Below, in pieces: positions 48,132 to 57,787 of a DNA stretch of 64,000 nucleotides. Positions within the stretch are counted from its first letter, which is position 1; each line of letters starts with the position of its first letter. The stretch comes from Candidatus Parcubacteria bacterium (GTDB taxonomy: Bacteria; Patescibacteriota; Microgenomatia; UBA12405): positions 29,948 through 93,947 of the forward strand of contig JAEZTF010000010.1 of assembly GCA_023443725.1 (NCBI GenBank). Reading direction: 5' to 3'. The position numbers and the translations under genes are program-made. The notes beneath the pieces were generated by a model. It did not search any database. It was not told the DNA's origin and saw only the letters and a program-made list of their open reading frames with translations.

Positions 48132-49346
48132 TTATTTGTTAGTAATTTTTTTATAAATTTGATTTAAGCCCTTAACACTATTTTGATATGAATATTTTTG
48201 ACTAATGAGAATATTGGCCTGATCACCCATTTCAATTCTTTTTTTGTCATTTTTTAATAGATCAATAGTATGTTTACCAACATCTTCATATTTACAAATT
48301 ATTGATTGTTTAAAATTTTCAATTTTAATACCACCCATACCTTCTGGAGTGGTCACTATAGGTAAACGGCAAGCCATGGCTTCCAAAAATTTATTACGAC
48401 TACCACCGCCACTACCCATAGGAGCTAAAAGGACCCAACAATGTTGATAATAATACATTGGATCATGTGGTTGACCGTCAAAATCTGCTTCTTCAACTAT
48501 TACTGAAGAAGATCGATAGTGGCCATAATAATCAGGAGCTAAACGACCAATAATATAAAGTTTACAATCTGGTATAGCTTTCTTAATTTCTGGCCAGGAA
48601 TCCTTCATAATCATTTCGACAGATTCTCGATTTTGCATCCATTTCATATTGGAAACACCAAAAAGAACCGAAGGTGAGGAACTTTTTTTAGTCTTTGGTT
48701 TAGATTCAAAATATTTACTATCGACGCCATTATCAAAAAGTTTGATATCATTACGGCCGGTAATTTTGGCAATTACTTTTTGATCCTCTTCTCCAAAAGC
48801 AACTACAGTATTGGTGTTTTTCCAATAATAAGTTTCCCAATATTTTAATTTTTTAACATCTAACCAAAGTAATGGATAAATTAATTTTCTCCAACCTTTT
48901 ACGGTTTCAATATAGTGTTGGTAGACAGCAAATTCGATAGTTTGATCAACTAGAACAATCGGAATACTAGTTTCGGGAATGTTGGGCATTAAATAAAAAC
49001 ATTCACAATGAATTAAATCATATTTATCTTTGGCTAATTCTTGACTGATAGTATTTTTTAAATCACTACTAATATAATTGGCAACTAAAAATGGGTAAGT
49101 ACTAAAACCGGTAAAAAGAACTTTCTTTAAATCCCATGTTTTACCTCGTTTAACCACAATAACTTTTTTACAAAAAGATTTTATTTCGTCTAAACCTTCT
49201 TCGTCTCGACTGAAACAGATTAGAGTAATATCATTTTCGTTAGCAAGATATTTGATGGAATAATAGGAACTATTTTGACCACCTGATTGAGCTCTTCTAG
49301 GAAGATAAGGTGTAATCATTAATATTTTTCGTTTATTTTTGATCAT
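48132..49346 (-). CDS. GT4-like glycosyltransferase.
   Basis: N-terminal ILMITPYLPRRAQSGGQ, C-terminal FLEAMACRLPIVTT. Confidence 0.65.
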   Translation of the reverse strand: MIKNKRKILMITPYLPRRAQSGGQNSSYYSIKYLANENDITLICFSRDEEGLDEIKSFCKKVIVVKRGKTWDLKKVLFTGFSTYPFLVANYISSDLKNTISQELAKDKYDLIHCECFYLMPNIPETSIPIVLVDQTIEFAVYQHYIETVKGWRKLIYPLLWLDVKKLKYWETYYWKNTNTVVAFGEEDQKVIAKITGRNDIKLFDNGVDSKYFESKPKTKKSSSPSVLFGVSNMKWMQNRESVEMIMKDSWPEIKKAIPDCKLYIIGRLAPDYYGHYRSSSVIVEEADFDGQPHDPMYYYQHCWVLLAPMGSGGGSRNKFLEAMACRLPIVTTPEGMGGIKIENFKQSIICKYEDVGKHTIDLLKNDKKRIEMGDQANILISQKYSYQNSVKGLNQIYKKITNK

Positions 49347-50739
49347 GGAATTGAGTGATTAATTGATAATAAAGGCCCATCATAATCCAAAAAAGATAAG
49401 CCGTTTTAGAAGCTTCAAAAACATCTATAAAGATAGCATTGGCAAGTGTAGCAGCTAAACCACCAAAAAGAATAATAGCCATTTTTTGCTCATCAGTTTT
49501 ATTTTTTTTGAAACCAAACAAGAAAGTTTCTTTAACAAAAAAAATGATAACAGTGGAAAAAGTAATAAAACCCAAAACTCCACTTTCACCTAAATTTCTT
49601 AAGTAGTCGTTATCTGTAGCCAAAGTAATAGAACCTAAGCCTGTTCCAGTAATTGGATTTTTCTTAAAAGCATTAATAGCTCTAGGCCATTCAACATTAA
49701 AGCGGATTTCTCCTGATCGAGCGACTCCAACATCAGTATCAACTTGAGGGTAGTTTTCTGTCTCTTGGTGGCGAACAATGGTTGGAGTAGGGGTAGTAGA
49801 TTTTGTACCAGTAGGTTTTGTAGAAACAACAGTAGTGGGAATTGGAGTTAGGGTTGGAGTAGGATTATTAGTATTGTTGCTAGTAGATATAAATTGGTTT
49901 TTAAGAGCAGGAATGGTAGCCAATAGTCGTTGATTTAAATCTTTTGAACTGAACATACTAAATATGACTAAAAGAGAAATAGGAACGATCCATAAATATT
50001 TTCTTAATAAAATAAGTGATAAAGAAATTCCTCCCCAAAAGGCAAAAATAGAAACACGAGAAGCAGTTAATGTAAGAATATTGAAGCTAGCGATCCAGAT
50101 TATTAAACTAGTAATTTTAATTAATTTATTTTTACTAATAATGACAGCAGCCCCAATAATGATTAAAACTACACTCATAAAAGCGGCTAGATCATAATGT
50201 CCAGCGAAAGTAGAACTAATTCTGGTCCAAGTATTCATTTGCAAAAGTTGTCCTTTGGAAAACTCTGAATTCATAGTAGAAATTACAGGAAATTTGAAAT
50301 ATTTTTGACCATATCCATAGACACAAACAAAAAAGGTGGCAATCAAAAGAAAAATATAGAAAACTTTTGTATCTTTTATATTTTTGATAGCAGGTAAGGT
50401 AACAAAGAAAAGCGACATATATTCAAATCGACGAAATAAATTTAACACTAGAATATTAGTCAAATCAGTTTGGTAAACAAAAAAAGCAGTAACAAAACTG
50501 GCAATAATAGCTATAAAGTAGGCAATAAATAAAAGACTTATTTTAGTTTTAAATACTGGGAATTTATTTTTAATTTGATAGATAATCCAACTCAAAACTG
50601 CTAAACCAATGACTATATCGTCAAGTCTAATGGCAACATAAGTATCACTGACATTAAATAAAGGGAATTTAGGATATAAAGGGACAAACAAAATTAATAT
50701 AGCCAAAATGGATTTAAAAATATTTATATTTTTGAACAT
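49333..50739 (-). CDS. O-antigen ligase/polymerase-family membrane protein with an internal Pro/Thr linker.
   Basis: TASRVSIFAF and DNDYLRNLGESGVLGFITF motifs. Linker NPTPTLTPIPTTVVSTKPTGTKSTTPTPT. Confidence 0.6.
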   Translation of the reverse strand: MFKNINIFKSILAILILFVPLYPKFPLFNVSDTYVAIRLDDIVIGLAVLSWIIYQIKNKFPVFKTKISLLFIAYFIAIIASFVTAFFVYQTDLTNILVLNLFRRFEYMSLFFVTLPAIKNIKDTKVFYIFLLIATFFVCVYGYGQKYFKFPVISTMNSEFSKGQLLQMNTWTRISSTFAGHYDLAAFMSVVLIIIGAAVIISKNKLIKITSLIIWIASFNILTLTASRVSIFAFWGGISLSLILLRKYLWIVPISLLVIFSMFSSKDLNQRLLATIPALKNQFISTSNNTNNPTPTLTPIPTTVVSTKPTGTKSTTPTPTIVRHQETENYPQVDTDVGVARSGEIRFNVEWPRAINAFKKNPITGTGLGSITLATDNDYLRNLGESGVLGFITFSTVIIFFVKETFLFGFKKNKTDEQKMAIILFGGLAATLANAIFIDVFEASKTAYLFWIMMGLYYQLITQFHDQK

Positions 50740-51629
50740 GCTTGTAGATAAATTGGTGATAAATGAATGATAGCGCGAATTAGAGCATTTATTTTTAAAA
50801 GCAATTTAACCAGAGGATATTGCCATTTTGGTTTGTGTTTTTTAAAAAAAGAAATAATGCCTCGATATTCATTCAGAATTGGATCAAGACGACTTGTAGC
50901 AGAAGCTCCACCTAAATGAATTATTTGTGGACCAATAAGGTACCAAACTTGATTATTGGTGGTATTTTTTCGAATCCGATAACAAAGTTCAACTTCTTCA
51001 CCGTACATAAAATAGCTTTCATCAAAACCACCGACTTTATCAAATAAATTTTTACGGGTAAGTAAAAATGCTCCGGTTACCCAGTCTTGGCGATGATCAG
51101 AAAGGTAAAATTTGTCTTTAGTATAAAATGTCGGAGTATGCGGGTGAATTGGTTTGATAATTTTATTAATTAAGGGAAGATCGTCAAGACTAAGACACCA
51201 AGTTAAAACATTAGCTAAATTGGGGAAAAATCCTCCACTGGCTTGAATAGTCTTGTCTTTGTTTAAAAGTTGAGCAGTACAAATAGAACTTTCTGGATGA
51301 GAACAAAGCCAGTCGAGACTTTGACTGATGGCAGAATGAAGAATTATAGTGTCAGAATTGAGTAAAAGAACATAGTTGCCTTTGGCTATTTTGACACCCT
51401 GATTATTGGCTTTACCAAAACCAGTATTGTCTTTGTTTTCAATTAGCGTAATTTTGTCTTTTAATTTTTTTAATTCTTGAACACTTTCATCATGAGAATT
51501 ATTGTCGATGACGATAATTTCAAAGGGAATCTCTTTTAGGCCTTTATCTAGAAAAATTGATTTAATGCAATCTAAAGTTAATTTAGCGGTATTGTAGGAA
51601 ATTATGATAATAGAAAGAATAGGTTTCAT
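50724..51629 (-). CDS. GT2 glycosyltransferase.
   Basis: LSIIIISYNT...IIVIDNNSHDES...LLNSDT. Confidence 0.8.
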   Translation of the reverse strand: MKPILSIIIISYNTAKLTLDCIKSIFLDKGLKEIPFEIIVIDNNSHDESVQELKKLKDKITLIENKDNTGFGKANNQGVKIAKGNYVLLLNSDTIILHSAISQSLDWLCSHPESSICTAQLLNKDKTIQASGGFFPNLANVLTWCLSLDDLPLINKIIKPIHPHTPTFYTKDKFYLSDHRQDWVTGAFLLTRKNLFDKVGGFDESYFMYGEEVELCYRIRKNTTNNQVWYLIGPQIIHLGGASATSRLDPILNEYRGIISFFKKHKPKWQYPLVKLLLKINALIRAIIHLSPIYLQACSKI

Positions 51630-52162
51630 TTTTTGTAGCCAGATTTAATTAAATAAAAAATAGCCACTATAGAAAGTTCAGTAAAAAAGAAAGAAATTAA
51701 GCGACGAGGAATGTTGGTAGGAAAAGTGCGAATAGTGATTTTACTTTTATATTCTTTATTTTGAAAAACCAATTTGTTTTTGGCTCGTTTTTCTGGTTTG
51801 GTAAAGACATCATTTTCCCACTCAAAACCATTAATATATAAAGACTCTTTGAAAGGAAGGATAAATTCTTCAAAATAATAACTAGGAATGGTATTGACAA
51901 TAATTTCTTTGGCTTTTTCGGGAGGATGATTGAGATTAATCATAAATAATCCATAGTAATTTGATTTGTAAAATTTCATGACTTCAGTTCTAGTCATATT
52001 GGTAAAATAAGCCGAAACATTGGGTATTTGAACTGTATCGCCTGGTAAGTCTGACTTAACACTATTGACCAAATCGGGTAATTTTGGAGTAGGTGTAATC
52101 AAGTAAATAACGGCAAATATATTGAAAATGATAAAGATAGTAATAAATATTTTTTTTATCAT
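51626..52162 (-). CDS. Hypothetical bitopic protein.
   Basis: N- and C-terminal hydrophobic segments. No motif. Confidence 0.35.
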   Translation of the reverse strand: MIKKIFITIFIIFNIFAVIYLITPTPKLPDLVNSVKSDLPGDTVQIPNVSAYFTNMTRTEVMKFYKSNYYGLFMINLNHPPEKAKEIIVNTIPSYYFEEFILPFKESLYINGFEWENDVFTKPEKRAKNKLVFQNKEYKSKITIRTFPTNIPRRLISFFFTELSIVAIFYLIKSGYKK

Positions 52163-52755
52163 TATTGAAAGAGCATGGAACGACCAAGACGATAATTGGG
52201 ATTGTCAATTTTGCGATCGGAGATTTTTTTAGCTGGTACTCCACCCCAAATTTCAAATTCAGGAATATCTTTAGTGACAATAGCTCCGGCGGCAACAACG
52301 GCACCTTTACCTATTTTAATGTTGGGTAAAATTATGGCCCTTGGGCCAATAAAAACATAATCTCCGATTTCAACTGGTCCAAAAGAATTACCATAATCTG
52401 GTGAATTGATATCATGTTCATCGTTATAAATTAAAACTTGACTAGCAATGCCAACATGGTTGCCAATTTTAAGAGGGGCGCGACCATCCATAAAACAATG
52501 ATCTCCAATAATAGTGTCGTGACCAATAGTGATATTTGATGGTTTAAAAAAATTAGCTCCAATATGAATAGTAGAATCGAACGGCATATCAATACCAGAA
52601 GCTAAATAAAATATTTTTCTAACAAAATGAAGTGGAATAAAACCAACAAATCTTAAGATCATTAACCAAAATTCCAAACAAATAGTTTGAATTCGAATAA
52701 TGATTTTTTGAAAAATATCTTTTTGAGTTAAATCTTTACCTACGCGATCTTTCAT
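52162..52755 (-). CDS. Hexapeptide-repeat (LbH) sugar O-acetyltransferase.
   Basis: Repeated [LIV]GxxxxIxxxxxI hexapeptides: IGANFF...IGHDTIIGDHCF...IGNHVGIASQVLI...IGKGAVVAAGAIV. Confidence 0.8.
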   Translation of the reverse strand: MKDRVGKDLTQKDIFQKIIIRIQTICLEFWLMILRFVGFIPLHFVRKIFYLASGIDMPFDSTIHIGANFFKPSNITIGHDTIIGDHCFMDGRAPLKIGNHVGIASQVLIYNDEHDINSPDYGNSFGPVEIGDYVFIGPRAIILPNIKIGKGAVVAAGAIVTKDIPEFEIWGGVPAKKISDRKIDNPNYRLGRSMLFQ

Positions 52756-52758
52756 ACT

Positions 52759-53910
52759 TCATTTTACTAAATTTTTATCAAAAACATTCATTATTGATTT
52801 GGCGGTGTTTTCCCAACTAAATTTGTCGGCTTGTTGTTTGCCAATTAATGAATATTTTTGCCTAACTTTGGGCTGTAAAATCTCAACCATTCTTTCAACC
52901 AGATCTGATTCTTTATTAGGGTCGATAAACAAACCACATTCAGCAACTACTTCTTTAAATGGAGGTATATGGGAAACTATTACCGGGGTGCCAATTTTCA
53001 TAGATTCAATAGCAGGAATACCAAAACCTTCATAAGTACTTGGTAAAATTGAAGCTATAGCATTTTGATAAAGAGTCCATTTTTGATCGTTATCAACAAA
53101 ATCTGTAAAAATCACCTTATCTTCTATCCTCTCTTTTTTGACAGTTTGAAAAATTTCTTCGAATAACCAACCTTTTTTACCAGCAATAACGAGTTTAGGA
53201 ATCAATCTTCCCCCATCCCCTTCTTTGACAAGACGGGGGGTAATATTATTTTGTTTTAAATATTTTGAATAAGATCGAATTAAAAAAGGAATGTTTTTGT
53301 TGGGTTTGAGAGTACCGAGGTATAGAAAGTAACTATTAGCTTTTAGTGAGTAGTTAGACAAAATTTTTTGTTGAGTTGTTTGATCAATTTTTGGTGGAGT
53401 GTCGACACCGTTGTAAGCAATACTAATTTTTTGTGGGTCAATAGAATAAGTTTTGATGATTTCGTCTTTGGAAAATTGGGAAACAGTACAGATATGTTTG
53501 GATTTTTTAATTGATTGAATAGTCCAATTTATGAGTTGATATAAATCTTTTTTGGTAAATTGGGATTGATATTTAAGATAACCGAGATCATGAATAGTAG
53601 GAATAGTAGGACAAGGACAAATAATTGGTGAATAATGACTAGGAGAAAAGAATAAATCTAATTTTTCAGTTTGAAAAAAAAGATGTAATGGCAGAGAAAA
53701 ACGTGTCCATAATTTTTTAGGGCCAAAAACACGATATTGCCAATTGGCATTAGCGGAAGGTAAATCTGATGATGGTTGATCTTTAAGATAAATAATATAT
53801 TGATTATTTTTGTCTAATTGATGGAGTTTAATTAAAACATTGAAAGCATATTGACCAACGCCAACTTTATTAGAAACATTAGCTTCGTTACCATCGATTC
53901 CGATTAGCAT
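52759..53910 (-). CDS. GT4 glycosyltransferase.
   Basis: EGFGIPAIESMKIGTPVIVS. Confidence 0.8.
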   Translation of the reverse strand: MLIGIDGNEANVSNKVGVGQYAFNVLIKLHQLDKNNQYIIYLKDQPSSDLPSANANWQYRVFGPKKLWTRFSLPLHLFFQTEKLDLFFSPSHYSPIICPCPTIPTIHDLGYLKYQSQFTKKDLYQLINWTIQSIKKSKHICTVSQFSKDEIIKTYSIDPQKISIAYNGVDTPPKIDQTTQQKILSNYSLKANSYFLYLGTLKPNKNIPFLIRSYSKYLKQNNITPRLVKEGDGGRLIPKLVIAGKKGWLFEEIFQTVKKERIEDKVIFTDFVDNDQKWTLYQNAIASILPSTYEGFGIPAIESMKIGTPVIVSHIPPFKEVVAECGLFIDPNKESDLVERMVEILQPKVRQKYSLIGKQQADKFSWENTAKSIMNVFDKNLVK

Positions 53911-55043
53911 GAGAGAGAATTATAAATTTGTAAAGTTTGTTTAGCAGTTTTAAGCCAACTGTATTTTTGGGCTAAAACAATTCCATTTTGGGCCATTTTT
54001 TTTCTTAACTTTGGATATTTGATTATTTTCTCAATAGCTTTACTAATTTCCAATTCTGAAGTTGGATTAACTAAAATAGCAGCACCTTGAGCCACTTCTA
54101 CCAAAGAAGAAGTATCGCTAGTGATAACTGGAACACCGACTTTTAGAGATTTAACTATTGGTAATCCAAAACCCTCATACAAAGAAGGATAAGCTAAACA
54201 AAGTGCACTGGCATGAAGAGCAACCATATCTTTTTCTGGTATAAAACCAAGAATTCTTACACCAGGATGATTTGTGGCGACATCTTTTCCCCAACCATAT
54301 TTACCGGTGATAGCCAATTCGACTTTACTTCCAGGATTTCTTTTTTTAAAAGAGATAAAGGCATTGATTAATCTATCTAAATTTTTTCTTGGTTCACGTG
54401 TGCCTTGAGCTAGAATAAATTTAGTTAGGCCATATTGTTTTTGAATTTTTTCTTTTTGAAGAGATTGTTCAGATAGGGAAAGTTTTAAAAATTTGCCAAA
54501 TTTTTCTTCGGCTGATTCATATATAACAGTTGTTTTGGTACGGTCTATTTGAGGAAACAACTTAAATAAATCATTTTGAGTATTTTTGGAGACACAAATA
54601 AAATATTTACTTTTTTTAGCAGCCCAATACATTTTATTTTTATGAGCTTGAATAACTTTTGGATGATGCCATTGAGGATATAAAAATGGAGTAAGATCAT
54701 GAATAGTACAAATAGTTTTGGCTTTGAATGTTGGAGGTTGAGTCCAGTCTGAAGTATGAAAAATATCACATTTACCAATAAAAAGTTCTATTGGAAAAAG
54801 TCGAAGTTGGTTCCATAAAATTTGAAGAATAGTTGGAGGAATTTTTGACTGACAAATAGTGACATTAGAATGATACTTAGTTAGTAATTTAATTTCTTCT
54901 GGTAGGGGGAGTCTGAGAGATGAATAAAAAAGTTTATATTGATTGCTTTTGTCAACTTTAAGTAAATTCCTGACTAAATTTAAGGTGTAATTACTAACAC
55001 CAGTTTGATATCCAACTGAAGAGATATCTATTCCAATAATCAT
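53904..55043 (-). CDS. GT4 glycosyltransferase.
   Basis: EGFGLPIVKSLKVGVPVITS. Confidence 0.8.
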   Translation of the reverse strand: MIIGIDISSVGYQTGVSNYTLNLVRNLLKVDKSNQYKLFYSSLRLPLPEEIKLLTKYHSNVTICQSKIPPTILQILWNQLRLFPIELFIGKCDIFHTSDWTQPPTFKAKTICTIHDLTPFLYPQWHHPKVIQAHKNKMYWAAKKSKYFICVSKNTQNDLFKLFPQIDRTKTTVIYESAEEKFGKFLKLSLSEQSLQKEKIQKQYGLTKFILAQGTREPRKNLDRLINAFISFKKRNPGSKVELAITGKYGWGKDVATNHPGVRILGFIPEKDMVALHASALCLAYPSLYEGFGLPIVKSLKVGVPVITSDTSSLVEVAQGAAILVNPTSELEISKAIEKIIKYPKLRKKMAQNGIVLAQKYSWLKTAKQTLQIYNSLSC

Positions 55044-56044
55044 ATTTTGATTGATTTTAACAGTTTTTGAAGTTGCTTTCTTTTGTTGATCATTTTGGGA
55101 AGTTTAATTAAGACTTGACTGTAAGTTTTAAGAATTGATATGGGTAAATAATAAATAGATTTTAATTTATACGATCTAATCGTAGTTTTGATTAAATAAG
55201 ATAAATTTCTTAATCTTTCTTCGGTAATTTTGGGTAAATTTTTTATTATCTCTTTTAGAGAATAATTTTTGATAATGACAAAAAACCAATTTTTGACATC
55301 CATACGGGCACGAAAATTACCCATTTGATTGCTAGTACCTCCACCAAGATGATAAGAAATAGCTTTTGGGATATATAAGGTTTTATAACCAAATTTGGTT
55401 AATCTTAAAGCTAAATCAACATCTTCTTCATAGGCAAAAAAATCTTGATCAAACATACCAATTTTTTGGATGATATTTTTTTGATAAACAACTAAAGCTG
55501 CAGAAGTACCCCATACTAGTTTATTAGTATTTAGCTTGTTAGCTTTTAGTAAAACAGATTTATGAAATAACTTACCATTGGAGATATTTTGACATTTACC
55601 AGAAATATAAAACTTTAAACCTTGAGATTCATATTTATCGCCTTCTTTATTTAAAACAGTTCCGAAAAAAGTAATAACTTTTTGATTTTTATTTTCTTTA
55701 ATGGCTTTTGTAATTAATTCAAACCAATCGGGATTGATAGTTAAATCGTTATTATATGGAACAACAAATTCATACTTGGCTTTTGAAATACCTAAATTTA
55801 TAGCTTTGGCAAAGCCAAGATTTTTAGGAGATGAAATAACTTTTGAAGTTAATTTGGTTGAACGATATTGGTTAAAAAAGTCTTTGATAATCTCAAGACT
55901 ATTGTCGGTTGAGTGGTTATCAATTATGATAATTTCAAAATTAGCCGAGGTAAATTTAATTGATTGATATAGAGAATAAAGACAGTCAAATAAAAAAATG
56001 GCACCGTTGTAGTTGGGGATAATAATAGAAAAATTATTGATCAT
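55040..56044 (-). CDS. GT2 glycosyltransferase.
   Basis: FSIIIPNYNG...IIIIDNHSTDNS. Confidence 0.8.
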   Translation of the reverse strand: MINNFSIIIPNYNGAIFLFDCLYSLYQSIKFTSANFEIIIIDNHSTDNSLEIIKDFFNQYRSTKLTSKVISSPKNLGFAKAINLGISKAKYEFVVPYNNDLTINPDWFELITKAIKENKNQKVITFFGTVLNKEGDKYESQGLKFYISGKCQNISNGKLFHKSVLLKANKLNTNKLVWGTSAALVVYQKNIIQKIGMFDQDFFAYEEDVDLALRLTKFGYKTLYIPKAISYHLGGGTSNQMGNFRARMDVKNWFFVIIKNYSLKEIIKNLPKITEERLRNLSYLIKTTIRSYKLKSIYYLPISILKTYSQVLIKLPKMINKRKQLQKLLKSIKI

Positions 56045-56492
56045 TTATTTTTGATAGATCGATGATATCGCCTGCTTTAAGGTTTATTTTTTTAGTTTCA
56101 TTTAGATTTAACTCAATGACATATTTAGCTGGTTGACTATTTTGAAGGATTTTAGTGGAGTTAGTTTCACTAACATTAATAATATCGGTAACCTTACCTT
56201 CTGAATTAAGCCAAATCATGTCTAAAGGAATGAACGTATCTTTCATCCAGAAAGGTAGAACTCCATTTTTGGAAAAAATAAAAATCATGCCACAGTTAGG
56301 ACAAAGGTTGGTTCGATTGGATAGACCAGCTGATTTTTGAGGAGTGGTTTTGGCGACTTCTAATTTGTAATCGATATTTTTAATTTTTAAATTGACAGTT
56401 TCAAACTTAGGTGGCGTTTTTTTGTAAAAGAAAAAAATAACAATTGGAATAGCGATGAGTATAATTAAAGTGATGGTAAGATTTTTTGACAT
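56034..56492 (-). CDS. DUF192 (COG1430) family protein.
   Basis: N-terminal TM, GLSNR...CGMIFIF...FWMKDTFIPLDMIWL...YVIELN...GD. Confidence 0.7.
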   Translation of the reverse strand: MSKNLTITLIILIAIPIVIFFFYKKTPPKFETVNLKIKNIDYKLEVAKTTPQKSAGLSNRTNLCPNCGMIFIFSKNGVLPFWMKDTFIPLDMIWLNSEGKVTDIINVSETNSTKILQNSQPAKYVIELNLNETKKINLKAGDIIDLSKINDQ

Positions 56493-57748
56493 ATTTTTTG
56501 ACTAACTTTGTTCCAAGTATAATTATTTTTAACATATAAATAACCATTTTGGCCAAATTGACGACAAAGTTTAGGATTAAAAATTAATTGTTGAATTTTT
56601 TGCTGAAGATCATCAATATCATCAGTTTTGAAAGTTAACCCCCCGTTTGATGATTTAACAATTTCTTTTAAAGATGGAATATCTGAAGTAATAACGGCTT
56701 TTTTTCTAGCCCAACTTTCTACTAGAACAAGGCCAAAACTTTCCTGAATTGATGGTAAAACTAAAAATTGGCATTGATCAATAATTGTAATTAAGTCTTT
56801 ATTGCTAACATTAAATTTGAAATGAATTTGTTTTTGGACCGATTTGGGAAGTGATTCAAAATATTTTTTTATTTGAGGAAAAAATAAAGTTTTTTGACCA
56901 ACAAGTATCAATCTTCCCTTAATCCCTTCTTTGACAAGACGGGAAAAACTATTTATTAACAAGTCGACACGTTTATGGGCGGCAAGAGAACCAATAAATA
57001 AGATTGTCAAACCCTTTCCGGATAAACCGGTTTTTCCCTTAAAAAGGGAAACTTTTTTTTCTTTTTTTAAAAATATATCCTCAACACCGTTGCCGGCAAG
57101 AATAATTTTTTTTTGGTTTATATTTAATTTTTTAATAAAAAAATCAGTTTCATATTTAGTTAAAGTCCAAAGATAATCAGCTTGTTGGAGAGTTTTGATA
57201 AGAGGTAAACGAGAAAAGTCGGGATCTGATTGGTGAAAAGAAGAATTGATGAGAAGTTTAGTGGATAATATTTTTCTGAAAAAATTAGCGTATAGAATAA
57301 TGGTGGTGGGAAGTGGGCCGGCAATAATTAACTCTGGTTTAAATTTAATTATTTTAATAGTAGCCCTAATAAAAGGTATGAGTTTAAAAATTGGTCCTTT
57401 TTGAAAAATTTGTAGCAATTGATGAAAGTAAGAGTTTTTGGGGATAAATAAATTAATAAATTTTAGAGGTCGACGAAGATGATGATAAACAGGAAGATAA
57501 ATAAAACCCTTTCCGGATAAACCGGTTTTTCCCTTAAAAAGGGAAACTTTTAAGCTCCCTTTTTTAAGGAGAGATGTCTGAAAGACAGAGGGGTTTTTCT
57601 TAATGAAATCGTCGGTGCTAGAGCAATCGGACGATAAATAAATTACATCATGGCCTTGAGATTCTAATTGATGGCTAAGTTGATAAACTACTTTTGATCC
57701 CCCATCGATAGCGGGAGGAAAAATATGACTAATTGCAAGTATTTTCAT
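56465..57748 (-). CDS. GT4 glycosyltransferase carrying two in-frame copies of a 48-bp repeat.
   Basis: ILAISHIFPPAIDGGS, and ESFGLVLVESWARKKAVITSD in the C-terminal half. Peptide KVSLFKGKTGLSGKG occurs twice. Confidence 0.75.
   Translation of the reverse strand: MKILAISHIFPPAIDGGSKVVYQLSHQLESQGHDVIYLSSDCSSTDDFIKKNPSVFQTSLLKKGSLKVSLFKGKTGLSGKGFIYLPVYHHLRRPLKFINLFIPKNSYFHQLLQIFQKGPIFKLIPFIRATIKIIKFKPELIIAGPLPTTIILYANFFRKILSTKLLINSSFHQSDPDFSRLPLIKTLQQADYLWTLTKYETDFFIKKLNINQKKIILAGNGVEDIFLKKEKKVSLFKGKTGLSGKGLTILFIGSLAAHKRVDLLINSFSRLVKEGIKGRLILVGQKTLFFPQIKKYFESLPKSVQKQIHFKFNVSNKDLITIIDQCQFLVLPSIQESFGLVLVESWARKKAVITSDIPSLKEIVKSSNGGLTFKTDDIDDLQQKIQQLIFNPKLCRQFGQNGYLYVKNNYTWNKVSQKICQKILPSL
57009..57056. 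repeat. 48-bp exact direct repeat, copy A: AAACCCTTTCCGGATAAACCGGTTTTTCCCTTAAAAAGGGAAACTTTT.
   Basis: Identical to 57504..57551. Contains the palindromes CCGG-ATAAA-CCGG and TTTCCCTT-AAA-AAGGGAAA. Confidence 0.85.
57504..57551. repeat. 48-bp exact direct repeat, copy B.
   Basis: See copy A. Confidence 0.85.
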
Positions 57749-57787
57749 GACACCTTATTATACGTGGTATCCTGATATTAAGTTTTT

